In this document: piece after piece, positions 8,994 through 19,102 of the stretch | Layout of the letters: every line of letters begins with the position of its first letter | Numbering within the stretch: position 1 is the stretch's first letter | Notes under the pieces: model-generated | The model's input: the letters and a program-made list of their open reading frames with translations, nothing else | Told to the model about the DNA's origin: nothing | The model's database searches: none | From: a bacterium | GTDB lineage: Bacteria; UBA8248 | DNA length: 64,000 nucleotides | Assembly (NCBI GenBank): GCA_965207065.1 | Contig: OZ242260.1 | Location: forward strand, 2,400,001 to 2,464,000 | Direction: 5' to 3' | Position numbers and translations under genes: made by a program

Positions 8994-9229
8994 CTCTTTG
9001 TTATGTCATGCGGCCCCTCCTTCATCTGTCGGAGTTGACCTAAACCTCATCAGCCTTCGCTACTGAGGGCGCGGCTTCTGCGGTCTTCCCGCTCCCCGAA
9101 CCCTTTGTTTTTTTTTACTTTCGTGTTTCGCGCTTTGATGTTTCGCCATCCTGTTGTATGATGATCCGATACAACCCGCCCGTGAAGCGGACTCTCCTGC
9201 TTCATCGGAATTCACGGAGGGCGTCCTCG

Positions 9230-9715
9230 GTGCCCCAGGAACTCTCTCATATCGATGAGCAGGGCCGCGCCCGCATGGTGGACGTCGGGGACAAGGAGGT
9301 CACCCGCCGCGAGGCCGTGGCGCGCGGCCGCCTGGAGATGGCGCCCGAAACTTTGCGCTTGATTCTCGAAGGAGACCTGCCCAAGGGGGACGTGCTGGGC
9401 ACGGCGCGCATCGCAGGCGTGATGGCGGCCAAGCAGTGCGCGAACCTCATCCCGATGTGTCATCCGCTGCGAATATCGAGCGTGGAAATTGACTTCTCGG
9501 CGGATGAGCCGCTCGGCCTGTTGCGCATCGAGGTCAAAGTGCGCGCGCGGGACAGAACGGGCGTGGAGATGGAAGCCCTGACGGCCGTGAGCGTGGCCGG
9601 CCTGACAGTCTACGACATGTGCAAGGCGGTGGATAAGGGCATGGTGCTCTCGGATGTTCGGCTGGTGATGAAATCGGGCGGAAAGAGCGGAGATTTCATT
9701 CTGGACGAAGAGTAG
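9230..9715 (+). CDS. moaC: Cyclic pyranopterin monophosphate synthase MoaC
   Basis: LSHID..GRARMVDV, KGDVL, LIPMCHP, TGVEMEAL, YDMCKAVD; GTG start with GGAGG RBS. Confidence 0.96.
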   Translation: MPQELSHIDEQGRARMVDVGDKEVTRREAVARGRLEMAPETLRLILEGDLPKGDVLGTARIAGVMAAKQCANLIPMCHPLRISSVEIDFSADEPLGLLRIEVKVRARDRTGVEMEALTAVSVAGLTVYDMCKAVDKGMVLSDVRLVMKSGGKSGDFILDEE

Positions 9716-9862
9716 TCATTTTATAGCGTCTTGTCCTTGGGGAGACACCGCGCCTGACCCGCTTTCGCCCTTTACCCGGCGCTGCGGGCAACAAGCCTGG
9801 AGCCCGGCGCTTCACTCTCGGACGTGAATTGGATTCCGTCGGAAATTATGACGAAACAAAGC

Positions 9863-9871
9863 TGCTATAAT
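9863..9871 (+). promoter_or_regulatory. Extended -10 promoter element
   Basis: TGcTATAAT about 40 bp upstream of ATG 9913. Confidence 0.5.
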
Positions 9872-9912
9872 ATGCCATGGCAAATGAATAAGATGTTTCG
9901 GGGGAAACATAA

Positions 9913-10992
9913 ATGAAAGAGACCACAAAAAAGATTTCGATAGAGACGATACCTCAGGAGAAAAGGGCGGATTCAAACCGCCTGGGCTTGATTCTGGGCG
10001 CTCTGTTCATCATCCTCTGCGGCGTCATGGGAGGAGCGCTCGCCGAAGCTCTGGGCGTGGCGAGCCGCGCGGCCGGCATGGCCGCGGGCGCTTTGGCGGG
10101 CGTTGCGCTGCTGGCGCTCGCAAGGGAGCTCAGCAAGCTCAAGGTAGGCGTTCTGGCGGGCGGGGCCGCGGGTCTGCTCTTCGGCCTGCTGGCCGCCCTG
10201 CTGCTGTGCGCTCTCATCGGCGAGGCGTTTCCGCAGAACGTCCGTCCCCTGGCGGGCGCTTTCGTCGGCTTGCTTTTCAGCTGTATGGGTGTTTTTCTCG
10301 GTTCGGCGGCGGGAAGCCTGTATTCACCGACTCTTCCCGCTAAGGGAAAAGACGCGGGCGCCAAGAAGCACCATCACGCCATGATTCTCGATACCAGCGT
10401 CATCATCGACGGACGCATTGCCGATATTTGCGAGGCGGGCTTCGTGGAAGGTCCGATGGTGGTGCCCCAGTTCGTACTCAAGGAGTTGCAGCAGATAGCG
10501 GACTCGTCCGACTCCCTGAAGCGAAATCGGGGGCGCCGCGGCCTCGACGTGCTCCAGCGGATTCAGCAGAACCAGGATCTCGACATCGACATCATTGAGA
10601 CCGACTTCCCCCGCGTGAAGGAGGTGGACACCAAGCTCGTGCTCCTGGGAAAGGAGATATGCGGGAAGGTGATGACCAACGATTTCAACTTGAATAAGGT
10701 GGCCGAGCTTCAAGGGGTGCGGGTTCTCAACATCAACGAGTTGGCCAACGCGGTGAAGCCGGTCGTTCTTCCTGGTGAGGACATGAGCGTGTTCGTCATC
10801 AAGGAGGGTAAGGAGCATAACCAGGGCGTCGGATATCTCGACGATGGAACCATGGTGGTGGTGGACAACGCCAAGGGCCGTATCGGCGAGCAGATTCCCG
10901 TCTCCGTGACGAGTGTCCTGCAGACGACAGCCGGGCGTATGATTTTTACGAAAATACGAGATGAAGCCGAACTATCGCAAACCGGCGCTTAA
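9913..10992 (+). CDS. Membrane PIN/TRAM domain protein (YacL-like)
   Basis: N-terminal [41 protein letters not shown]; usual position before ispDF. Confidence 0.93.
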   Translation: MKETTKKISIETIPQEKRADSNRLGLILGALFIILCGVMGGALAEALGVASRAAGMAAGALAGVALLALARELSKLKVGVLAGGAAGLLFGLLAALLLCALIGEAFPQNVRPLAGAFVGLLFSCMGVFLGSAAGSLYSPTLPAKGKDAGAKKHHHAMILDTSVIIDGRIADICEAGFVEGPMVVPQFVLKELQQIADSSDSLKRNRGRRGLDVLQRIQQNQDLDIDIIETDFPRVKEVDTKLVLLGKEICGKVMTNDFNLNKVAELQGVRVLNINELANAVKPVVLPGEDMSVFVIKEGKEHNQGVGYLDDGTMVVVDNAKGRIGEQIPVSVTSVLQTTAGRMIFTKIRDEAELSQTGA

Positions 10993-11725
10993 GCGCGCTT
11001 TCTCCTCTTCAGCTTTGCCGGGTCCCGATGAGACGGCGGCCATCGTTCCCGCCGCAGGCCGGGGCTTGCGCCTGCCCGGCGCAGTGGCCAAACAGTTTCG
11101 AAATCTCTCCGGAAAGCCCCTTTTTCATCATTGTCTGTTACGAATCGCGCGCATGGGCCTCGTGGGTCGGATCGTCGTGGCGGTTCCCTCCGGCTCGGAC
11201 CCGCCCGCACTTCCTGATGGGCTGGGCGCGGAGGTTCATCTCGTCGAAGGCGGCGCGCGCCGCCAGGATTCGGTGCGAAACGGGCTCGACGCCCTGGGCG
11301 ACGGCGTTTCCTGGGTGGTCGTACACGACGGGGCGAGGCCCCTGGTGACGCCCGAGCTCATGGAGAGATGCCTGCTCGGCGCGGCGGAGACGGGCGCCGC
11401 CATCGCGGCCCTGCGTGTGGTGGATACGGTGAAGGTGGGCGACGCCGATGGCTTCATCGAGGCGACGCGCCCGCGCGAGGGTCTGTGGCTCGCACAGACG
11501 CCCCAGGTGGCGCGGCGGGAGTTGCTCGTCCGCGCGATGGAGTGGGCGGACGCGAATGATTTCGAGGGGACCGACGAGGCGGCCCTTCTGGAAGCCATAG
11601 GCGTGCGGGTGAAGCTCGTGGAAGGAAGCGCGCAGAACATCAAGGTGACGTCCCCTGGCGACATGGAGCGCGCGGCGCGCCTGATGGAACTTGAACAAGG
11701 TAGGCAAGCGGAGGCTTCCACATGA
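10961..11725 (+). CDS. ispD: 2-C-methyl-D-erythritol 4-phosphate cytidylyltransferase
   Basis: [39 protein letters not shown]; start uncertain. Confidence 0.93.
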   Translation: MKPNYRKPALKRAFSSSALPGPDETAAIVPAAGRGLRLPGAVAKQFRNLSGKPLFHHCLLRIARMGLVGRIVVAVPSGSDPPALPDGLGAEVHLVEGGARRQDSVRNGLDALGDGVSWVVVHDGARPLVTPELMERCLLGAAETGAAIAALRVVDTVKVGDADGFIEATRPREGLWLAQTPQVARRELLVRAMEWADANDFEGTDEAALLEAIGVRVKLVEGSAQNIKVTSPGDMERAARLMELEQGRQAEAST

Positions 11726-12204
11726 TTCGCGTAGGCGTAGGCTACGACGTCCACCGCTTCGAGGCGGATCGCAAGCTGATACTCGGCGGCGTGGAGATTC
11801 CCTTTGAGCAAGGTCTCTCCGGGCACTCCGACGCCGATGCGCTCATCCACGCGATCATCGACGCGCTTCTGGGCGCGGCGGCCCTGGGCGACATCGGCGC
11901 GCATTTCCCCGATACGGACGAGGCGTATCGCGGCGCGGACAGCCGGGAACTGCTCGCGCGCGTGGTGGCGCTTCTCGCAGAGCGCGGCATGAGGCCGAAC
12001 AACGTGGACTCCGTGGTCGTGGCGCAAAGACCGAAACTCGCTCCCCATATCCCCGCGATGCGCGAAGTCATCTCCTCCATTCTGGGAATCCCGCCCGATC
12101 GGGTGGGCATCAAGGCGACGACGGGCGAGGGGCTCGGCTTCGTGGGGCGCGAGGAGGGCGTCGCGGCGCACGCGGTTTGCACGATAAGCGTGGAGTCTCC
12201 TTGA
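11722..12204 (+). CDS. ispF: 2-C-methyl-D-erythritol 2,4-cyclodiphosphate synthase
   Basis: [28 protein letters not shown]. Confidence 0.96.
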   Translation: MIRVGVGYDVHRFEADRKLILGGVEIPFEQGLSGHSDADALIHAIIDALLGAAALGDIGAHFPDTDEAYRGADSRELLARVVALLAERGMRPNNVDSVVVAQRPKLAPHIPAMREVISSILGIPPDRVGIKATTGEGLGFVGREEGVAAHAVCTISVESP

Positions 12205-12295
12205 CGCCCATCGGCGGGGCATGACAAATTTCTGCCCGGACGCGGCCCGGAACACATTTTACCCCCTTGACCATGCGGGTTCTGGAGAGATTCAT

Positions 12296-13759
12296 TTGGG
12301 ACTTCAGCTATACAACACGTTGACGAGAAAAAAAGAACCCTTCGAGCCCCTGGAAGAAGGCCGCGTGAAGATGTACGTCTGCGGGGTGACGGTGTACGAC
12401 CACTGCCATCTCGGGCACGCGCGCGCCGCCATCGTCTTCGACGTCATTCACCGCTATTTCGAATACCGGGGCTACGATGTTCTCTTCGTGTGCAACTTCA
12501 CGGACGTGGACGACAAGATCATCGCCCGCGCCCGGCGTCTCAAGATTCCCATCGGCGAGCTGACCGAAAAATTTATTGATGAATACTACACGGACATGGA
12601 TGCGCTCGGCGTACAGCGGGCGGACGCCGCTCCCCGCGCGACGGAGAACATCGAGGGCATGATCGAGATGATCGAGAAGCTCATCGAGAAGGGTATCGCC
12701 TACGAGATGTCGGGCAACGTCTATTACGACATCGATAAATTCGCAGGCTACGGCAAACTCTCGGGCCGCAATACCGAAGAACTCGAGGCAGGCCACCGCA
12801 TCGAGCCGGGCGAGGGCAAGCGCAACCCGCTCGATTTCGCCCTCTGGAAGGCGGCGAAGCCCGGCGAGCCCGAATGGGAGAGTCCCTGGGGGGCTGGCCG
12901 GCCCGGCTGGCACATCGAGTGCTCCGTCATGTCGAGCCGGTATCTCGGGGAGCGGTTCGATATTCACGGCGGGGGGGAGGACTTGGTGTTCCCCCACCAT
13001 GAAAACGAGATCGCGCAGAGCGAGGGCTGCTTCGGGCACGAGTGGGTGCGCTACTGGGTGCACAACGGCTTTGTGCAGATCAACCACGAGAAGATGAGCA
13101 AGTCGAAGGGCAACTTCTTCACCATCAAGGCGATCCTCGAGGACCACCCGGCCGAGGTGATCCGATATTTCCTGCTGGGGACGCACTACAGACACCCCGT
13201 GGATTACTCGGATCAGGTGGTCGGCGACGCGAGGAAAGGGCTGGACAGGCTCTACAACGTGCGGCTCAGGCTCGCCCGGAGCGGAGGAGAAGACTCGGGC
13301 GGCTGGCGCGAGCGGGTGGAGGAGGCGGTCGCCGCCTTCCGCGCGCAGTTCACGGAAGCCATGGACGATGACTTCAACACCGCGCGCGCCCTGGGGTATC
13401 TGTTCGACTTTGGGCGCCGGATAAACGGCTTCATCAATGAGGCGGGCGCGCTGCCCGAATCCGCCGCCGCACTTGCGAGCGAGGTCTTTGAAGAGGTGGG
13501 CGAGGTGCTGGGCCTGTTCACCCACCCGCCGGAGGAGTGGTTCCGAAACGCAGCGAGCGTCTCGTCCGCTGAAGTGGAGGAGGGCCAAAACGGCGTCTTG
13601 CGCGATGAGGAGATAGAAGCGTTGCTCGAACGCCGCGCGGAGGCGCGGGCGAGCAGGGATTTCCCGGAGGCCGACCGGATCCGGGAAGAACTCGCGGAGG
13701 CCGGCATCGTGTTGGAAGACAGCCCCGGCGGCACCCTCTGGAAGCGAAGGGTGCCGTGA
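12296..13759 (+). CDS. cysS: Cysteine--tRNA ligase
   Basis: YVCGVTVYD, HLGH, GRPGWHIEC, KMSKS; TTG start with GGAG RBS. Confidence 0.97.
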   Translation: MGLQLYNTLTRKKEPFEPLEEGRVKMYVCGVTVYDHCHLGHARAAIVFDVIHRYFEYRGYDVLFVCNFTDVDDKIIARARRLKIPIGELTEKFIDEYYTDMDALGVQRADAAPRATENIEGMIEMIEKLIEKGIAYEMSGNVYYDIDKFAGYGKLSGRNTEELEAGHRIEPGEGKRNPLDFALWKAAKPGEPEWESPWGAGRPGWHIECSVMSSRYLGERFDIHGGGEDLVFPHHENEIAQSEGCFGHEWVRYWVHNGFVQINHEKMSKSKGNFFTIKAILEDHPAEVIRYFLLGTHYRHPVDYSDQVVGDARKGLDRLYNVRLRLARSGGEDSGGWRERVEEAVAAFRAQFTEAMDDDFNTARALGYLFDFGRRINGFINEAGALPESAAALASEVFEEVGEVLGLFTHPPEEWFRNAASVSSAEVEEGQNGVLRDEEIEALLERRAEARASRDFPEADRIREELAEAGIVLEDSPGGTLWKRRVP

Positions 13760-13827
13760 TGTCTTGCGCAGGTGAGGCCCGTTGGTGCGCGCACCGCGTC
13801 TTCACGCTTCATCGAAGAGCATAGCAT

Positions 13828-14592
13828 TTGAAGCGCAAACCCGAATACGTCTGCGGCGCGCACAGCGTCCGGGCGGCTCTTGAGCGCGGGCCGGAGCGCG
13901 TCCGGCGGCTGTACGTCACCGCAGGGCGCCGGAACCGCAGCGTCTCCGAGGCGGTGCGGCTCGCCGAATCGCTCGGGGTTCCCGTCGAAGCCCTCGACAC
14001 CAGACAACTCACGCAGAAAGCCGCCACCGCGCAGCATCAAAACTTGGTGGCGGAGGTTCATCCCACGCAGCTTCTCTCGCTCGATGACTTAATCGAAGCC
14101 CAGCCCGCGTCGGCTCCGCCGATTCTGTTGCTCGACGGTCTGCAGGACCCGAGGAATTTCGGCGCGATCTTGAGGAGTGCGGCGGCCCTGGGGGCGGGCG
14201 GCGTCGTCTGGCCGAAGGATAACGCCGTGGGCCTTACGCCCGTCGCCTCGAAGGCGGCGGCAGGAGCGCTGGAGGTCGTGCCGCTCGCGCGTGTGACGAA
14301 TCTGGCGCGCGCCGTCTCGACGCTCAAAGAGGCGGGCTACTGGGCGCTGGCGGCGGACGCGCATGGGGATAAGACCCTCGGCGTCGATGAACTGCCCCGG
14401 CCCTGTTGCCTGGTGGTCGGGGCGGAGGGAAGGGGCGTGCGGCCGCTCGTGCTCAAAAACTGCGATGCGCGCGTGCGGATTCCCATCGAGGCGGGCGCCG
14501 TGTCCTCGCTGAACGCCTCGGTCGCCGCAGCGATCCTGCTGCACGGCGTGCGCGTAAACCCCTCGGAGGACGAGGACACGGCTCAGGCGTAG
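13828..14592 (+). CDS. rlmB: 23S rRNA (Gm2251) 2'-O-methyltransferase, TrmH family
   Basis: DPRNFGAILRSA, VGAEGRG, SLNASVAA; follows cysS. Confidence 0.9.
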   Translation: MKRKPEYVCGAHSVRAALERGPERVRRLYVTAGRRNRSVSEAVRLAESLGVPVEALDTRQLTQKAATAQHQNLVAEVHPTQLLSLDDLIEAQPASAPPILLLDGLQDPRNFGAILRSAAALGAGGVVWPKDNAVGLTPVASKAAAGALEVVPLARVTNLARAVSTLKEAGYWALAADAHGDKTLGVDELPRPCCLVVGAEGRGVRPLVLKNCDARVRIPIEAGAVSSLNASVAAAILLHGVRVNPSEDEDTAQA

Positions 14593-14680
14593 ACCTCTCT
14601 TATGAGCTCCTTGATATTTGAGAGCCGAACTATCGCCGCGCCCTCTTTGCTTTTCACTCCCCCAAAGAGGATAAAGGGGG

Positions 14681-14709
14681 TTGACAAGGTGGGCCGGTGG
14701 GCCTAATTT
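14681..14709 (+). promoter_or_regulatory. Sigma70 promoter of the tRNA cluster
   Basis: TTGACA-17 bp-TAATTT followed by a GC-rich discriminator. Confidence 0.7.
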
Positions 14710-14724
14710 AACCCGCCTTTGTTG

Positions 14725-14800
14725 GCTGGCGTAGCTCAGCTGGTAGAGCAGCTGATTTGTAATCAGCAGGTCGGAGGTTCGAGTCCTCTCGCCAGCTCCA
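14725..14800 (+). tRNA. tRNA-Thr(UGU)
   Basis: 76-nt cloverleaf, anticodon TGT, TTCGA loop, CCA end. Confidence 0.96.
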
Positions 14801-14965
14801 CGGCGGGACACGCCTCCCGGACCCCGCTACAGAAAATCCGGCTGGAGAACGCGCGCGTTTTCCCCTTTCGGGCTTTGGTGAATATCGCGGCTTCGGGGAG
14901 CGGATGGTTCCCGCGAGGTATTTTTGATAGTTTTTATAACCGTATTTGATGAACGGCGGTTTTCA

Positions 14966-15050
14966 GGGGAGGTTCCCGAGTGGCCAAAGGGATCAGACTG
15001 TAAATCTGACGGCTCAGCCTTCGGAGGTTCGAATCCTCCCCTCCCCACCA
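14966..15050 (+). tRNA. tRNA-Tyr(GUA)
   Basis: 85 nt with long variable arm, anticodon GTA, CCA end. Confidence 0.96.
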
Positions 15051-15097
15051 GCAGATGAATTGTCGAGACGACTAGGACACGCGCTTTGGGTTCAGAG

Positions 15098-15173
15098 GCG
15101 GGAATAGCTCAGATGGTAGAGCATCAGCCTTCCAAGCTGAGGGTCGCGGGTTCGAGCCCCGTTTCCCGCTCCA
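15098..15173 (+). tRNA. tRNA-Gly(UCC)
   Basis: 76 nt, anticodon TCC, CCA end. Confidence 0.96.
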
Positions 15174-15353
15174 GGATGATTCGAGGCTCTCGCCTTTTCT
15201 TGATATGAATTTCAGTCGTGTGGATTTCGGCTCCCGGGGTTGCTCTGGAGGGAATAAGCTGTATTATCCGCCCGGAACGAATACCGGGGTTCATCGTTCG
15301 CGGAGGTTGCTTCGCCTGAAACAAATGATGTTCGCACGCCCGGGACGCAGCCG

Positions 15354-15429
15354 GCCCACGTAGCTCAGCCGGCAGAGCACTTCCTTGGTAAGGAAGAGGT
15401 CACCGGTTCAAGTCCGGTCGTGGGCTCCA
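15354..15429 (+). tRNA. tRNA-Thr(GGU)
   Basis: 76 nt, anticodon GGT, CCA end. Confidence 0.96.
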
Positions 15430-15531
15430 GGGCAGGCGGAATTCATTGAAATTTTGAATTTTGTGCATTATCCTGCAAATCGCAAGAAACGCCTTGGAAT
15501 CCCTCGGGTTCGCAGATTTTCCCTTTGGCGA

Positions 15532-15561
15532 TGGACAAGGTTTCGTCCAAGCGGGTATAAA
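15532..15561 (+). promoter_or_regulatory. Putative promoter for tuf copy 1
   Basis: TGGACA-18 bp-TATAAA then GC-rich GGCGCG. Confidence 0.45.
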
Positions 15562-15656
15562 GGCGCGTTTTTCGGGAATGACAAGCAAGAGAGGAAATGG
15601 TTCCTCTCCCCAGAAAGATATTTTTAAGAATTTTCATCAGAAGGAGAAGGGAAGCC

Positions 15657-16835
15657 ATGGCGAAGGCGAAGTTTGAGCGCACGAAGCCGCACGTGAACGT
15701 AGGGACGATAGGGCACGTGGACCATGGGAAGACGACGTTGACGGCCGCGATCACGAAACACCTCTCTGCGAAGGGGATGGCGGAGGAGATCGGCTTCGAC
15801 GAGATCGACAAGGCGCCGGAGGAGCGCGAGCGGGGGATCACGATAGCGACGGCTCACGTTGAGTACGAGACGGACAACCGCCACTACGCGCACGTGGACT
15901 GTCCGGGCCATGCGGATTACGTGAAGAACATGATAACGGGCGCGGCGCAGATGGATGGCGCCATACTGGTGGTCTCGGCGGCGGACGGACCGATGCCGCA
16001 GACGCGCGAGCACATCCTGCTGGCTCGCCAGGTGGGGGTACCCTACATCTGCGTGTACCTGAACAAGGTGGACATGGTGGACGACGAGGAGCTTTTGGAG
16101 CTGGTGGAGCTGGAGGTCCGCGAGCTTTTATCGACGTATGAGTTCCCGGGCGACGACATACCGGTTGTTCCGGGTTCGGCGCTGAGAGCCTTGGAGGGGA
16201 CGGACACGTCTTCGATAGACGATTTGATGGAGGCGGTGGACGGCTACATCCCGGAGCCGGTCCGCGACGTGGACAAGCCGTTCCTGATGCCTGTGGAGGA
16301 CGTGTTTTCGATATCGGGCCGTGGCACGGTTGCGACGGGCCGTGTGGAGCGCGGGATCGTGAACGTTGGGGATGAGGTGGAGATAGTGGGCATCACGGAC
16401 ACGCGCAAGACGGTTGCGACGGGCGTTGAGATGTTCCGGAAGCTCCTGGACCAGGGCCAGGCGGGTGACAACGTAGGGGTATTGCTCCGGGGCATCAAGA
16501 AGGACGAGATAGAGCGCGGCCAGGTGCTGGCGCAGCCGGCCTCGATCATGCCGCACCTGAAGTTCAAGGGTGAGGTATACATACTGACGAAAGAAGAGGG
16601 TGGTCGTCACACGCCGTTTTTCAACGGCTACCGTCCTCAGTTTTATTTCCGTACGACGGACGTGACGGGTCTGGTGACGCTGCCTGAGGGTCGTGAGATG
16701 GTGATGCCGGGCGACAACGTATCGTTGGACGTAGAGTTGATAACGCCGATAGCGATGGAGCGCGAGTTGCGCTTCGCGATACGCGAGGGAGGCCGCACCG
16801 TGGGGGCCGGCGTCGTCACAGAGGTCGTCGAGTAG
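15657..16835 (+). CDS. tuf: Elongation factor Tu (copy 1)
   Basis: [39 protein letters not shown]. Confidence 0.99.
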   Translation: MAKAKFERTKPHVNVGTIGHVDHGKTTLTAAITKHLSAKGMAEEIGFDEIDKAPEERERGITIATAHVEYETDNRHYAHVDCPGHADYVKNMITGAAQMDGAILVVSAADGPMPQTREHILLARQVGVPYICVYLNKVDMVDDEELLELVELEVRELLSTYEFPGDDIPVVPGSALRALEGTDTSSIDDLMEAVDGYIPEPVRDVDKPFLMPVEDVFSISGRGTVATGRVERGIVNVGDEVEIVGITDTRKTVATGVEMFRKLLDQGQAGDNVGVLLRGIKKDEIERGQVLAQPASIMPHLKFKGEVYILTKEEGGRHTPFFNGYRPQFYFRTTDVTGLVTLPEGREMVMPGDNVSLDVELITPIAMERELRFAIREGGRTVGAGVVTEVVE

Positions 16836-16875
16836 AGCGGTCAGGCGGTCGTTTCAGAAGAATCAGGGCTTTCAC

Positions 16876-16951
16876 AGGCCAGTGGCTCAATTGGTAGAGC
16901 ACCGGACTCCAAATCCGGCGGTTGGGGGTTCGAGTCCCTCCTGGCCTGCCA
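16876..16951 (+). tRNA. tRNA-Trp(CCA)
   Basis: 76 nt, anticodon CCA, usual position before secE. Confidence 0.96.
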
Positions 16952-17009
16952 TGAACCCGGAGGGAGAGCCTGGGTTCAAAAGTCGGAAGCGGCTGCGGAG
17001 AGTGAATGG

Positions 17010-17225
17010 ATGAATAACAAGGTGATGGGCTGGATTCATCAGGGGCGCACCTTTCTGCGCGACGTGCAGAGCGAAGCGAAGCGCGTCACATGGCTCGGTA
17101 TGCGCCAGACGGCGGCGCAAACCGCCGTCGCCCTCGTATTCGTCTTCATCATTGCGATATATTTGGGACTCGTCGACTTGGCGTTGTCCCGGGCTGTCAG
17201 CTATTTCCTTAACTTCGGCTTCTAG
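17010..17225 (+). CDS. secE: Preprotein translocase subunit SecE
   Basis: FLRDVQSEAKRVTW plus one TM; synteny. Confidence 0.93.
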   Translation: MNNKVMGWIHQGRTFLRDVQSEAKRVTWLGMRQTAAQTAVALVFVFIIAIYLGLVDLALSRAVSYFLNFGF

Positions 17226-17241
17226 ATAACAGGAATCCAGT

Positions 17242-17769
17242 ATGTCCATGAACTGGTATGTAGTGCATACCTATTCGGGTTTTGAAAACAAGGTGAAGCG
17301 CTCGATCGAAGAGCAGTTTCGGGGGGAGACGTTCGAGGAGAAACTCGGCGAGATCGTGGTTCCCACCGAGCAAGTGGTGAAAGTGAAGGGCGGGAAGAGG
17401 CGTACGACCTCCCGGAAATTCTTCCCCGGCTACATCCTGATCCGGATGGAGTGCGACGAAGACACCTGGTATGTCGTCAAGAACACGCCGAAGGTAACGG
17501 GTTTTCTGGGCGGAACCTCCCCGAGTCCTCTCTCCGAAGCCGAGATGGACAACATCCTCAAGCAGATGAGCGGAGAGGCCGAGAAGCCCAAACCCAAGAT
17601 TGATTTCGAAAAAGGCGAGAGCATCCGGGTGATAGACGGGCCTTTCGTGAATTTCACCGGCGAGATCGACGAGGTTCACCCCGACAGAGGAAAACTCAAG
17701 GTCATGGTCAGCATTTTCGGCCGGGCGACGCCCGTGGAGCTCGAGATGCTCCAGGTGGAGAAGGTTTAG
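17242..17769 (+). CDS. nusG: Transcription termination/antitermination factor NusG
   Basis: WYVVHTYSGFE, FFPGY, KOW motif, SIFGRATPVEL. Confidence 0.98.
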   Translation: MSMNWYVVHTYSGFENKVKRSIEEQFRGETFEEKLGEIVVPTEQVVKVKGGKRRTTSRKFFPGYILIRMECDEDTWYVVKNTPKVTGFLGGTSPSPLSEAEMDNILKQMSGEAEKPKPKIDFEKGESIRVIDGPFVNFTGEIDEVHPDRGKLKVMVSIFGRATPVELEMLQVEKV

Positions 17770-17891
17770 GGAAGAAAAGGTTCATCGGGTGCGTGGCGCC
17801 GCGCCATTGCGCGTCGTTCACCGCGTCCGGGAAATAGAGACAGGCGAAGCCCGGGCGTAGTGTCAGGCTTTGATTGCTCCGAGAGGAAAAA

Positions 17892-18317
17892 ATGGCGAAA
17901 GAAGCGGTTGGCATCATCAAACTTCAAATACCGGCCGGTCAGGCGAACCCCGCCCCGCCCGTTGGCCCTGCGCTCGGCCAGCAGGGTGTGAACATTATGG
18001 AGTTCTGCAAGACCTTCAACGCGCAGACCCAGGGCAAGGAGGGCACGATCATTCCGGTCGTGATCTCGGTGTACGCGGACAAAAGCTTCACCTTCATCAT
18101 GAAGAGTCCGCCCGCCTCCGCTCTCCTCAAACAGGCTGCCGCCTTGGCGAAGGGTTCTTCCGAACCCGGGCGCGAGGGCGTGGGCAGCGTGACGCGCAAA
18201 CAACTCGAGGAAATCGCGGAGATCAAGAAAGAGGACTTGAACAGCGCCGACCTCGAAGGGGCCGTCCGGATCATCGAGGGTACGGCCCGCAGCATGGGAA
18301 TCGAAGTCAGCGGATAG
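17892..18317 (+). CDS. rplK: 50S ribosomal protein L11
   Basis: [20 protein letters not shown]. Confidence 0.98.
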   Translation: MAKEAVGIIKLQIPAGQANPAPPVGPALGQQGVNIMEFCKTFNAQTQGKEGTIIPVVISVYADKSFTFIMKSPPASALLKQAAALAKGSSEPGREGVGSVTRKQLEEIAEIKKEDLNSADLEGAVRIIEGTARSMGIEVSG

Positions 18318-18331
18318 TTTTTTGAGCGTAG

Positions 18332-18367
18332 GTGGGAGGCGTCCGCCCCGGGCGTCGTTCGAACCAC
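18332..18367 (+). promoter_or_regulatory. Candidate L1-binding autoregulatory RNA site
   Basis: GTGGGAG...ACCAC stem with an internal hairpin just upstream of the rplA RBS. Confidence 0.55.
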
Positions 18368-18385
18368 GTTGGAGGAGTCAGACAA

Positions 18386-19090
18386 ATGCCCAAACACGGT
18401 AAGCATTACAATAAAGCCCGGGAGCGAATCGATCGGGAACAACAGATTCCGCTCTCAGAAGCCGTTGGTCTCGTGAAGGAGATATCTTCGGCGAAATTCG
18501 ACGAGACCGTCGAGATCACCGCCAAGCTCGGCGTCGACCCGCGACATGCGGAGCAGATGGTGAGGGGAAGCGTCGTTCTGCCCAACGGCATCGGCAAAGA
18601 AGAGCGCGTCGTGGCGTTCGCCAAAGGCGAGAAGGTGGCCGAGGCCAAAGAGGCGGGCGCCGAATACGTGGGCGCGGATGATCTGGCCGAGAAGATTCAG
18701 GGCGGCTGGATGGAGTTCGACCGCGTAGTGGCGACGCCCGACGTCATGAGCGTCGTGGGCAAGCTCGGGCGGCTGCTCGGCCCGCGCGGTTTGATGCCCA
18801 ACCCGAAATCGGGCACCGTCTCCTTCGACGTGGGCCGCATGGTCAAGGAGATCAAGGCGGGCAAGGTGGAATATCGCGTAGATAAGGCGGGCATAATTCA
18901 CGCCCCGGTCGGAAAGGTGAGTTTCGAGGGAAAAGCGCTCTCCGAAAACATCTCGGCGGTGGTAGACGCGCTCGTTCGTGCGAAGCCCGCGGCGAGCAAG
19001 GGTGTGTACTTCAAGGGCCTCACAATTTCCAGCACGATGGGGCCCGGCGTGAAGGTCGACCACCAGTCTCTTCTCGCTGCGTTGAAATAA
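18386..19090 (+). CDS. rplA: 50S ribosomal protein L1
   Basis: [29 protein letters not shown]. Confidence 0.98.
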   Translation: MPKHGKHYNKARERIDREQQIPLSEAVGLVKEISSAKFDETVEITAKLGVDPRHAEQMVRGSVVLPNGIGKEERVVAFAKGEKVAEAKEAGAEYVGADDLAEKIQGGWMEFDRVVATPDVMSVVGKLGRLLGPRGLMPNPKSGTVSFDVGRMVKEIKAGKVEYRVDKAGIIHAPVGKVSFEGKALSENISAVVDALVRAKPAASKGVYFKGLTISSTMGPGVKVDHQSLLAALK

Positions 19091-19102
19091 GGAGTCTCTG
19101 AA

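Noticed and set aside
9020-9060. Hammerhead ribozyme (CUGAUGAG on the minus strand)
   Set aside because: The required GAAA after stem II is missing (CGAC instead)
14725-16951. Prophage or island integrated at the tRNA genes
   Set aside because: No integrase and no duplicated tRNA 3' end; the flanking genes are core and syntenic
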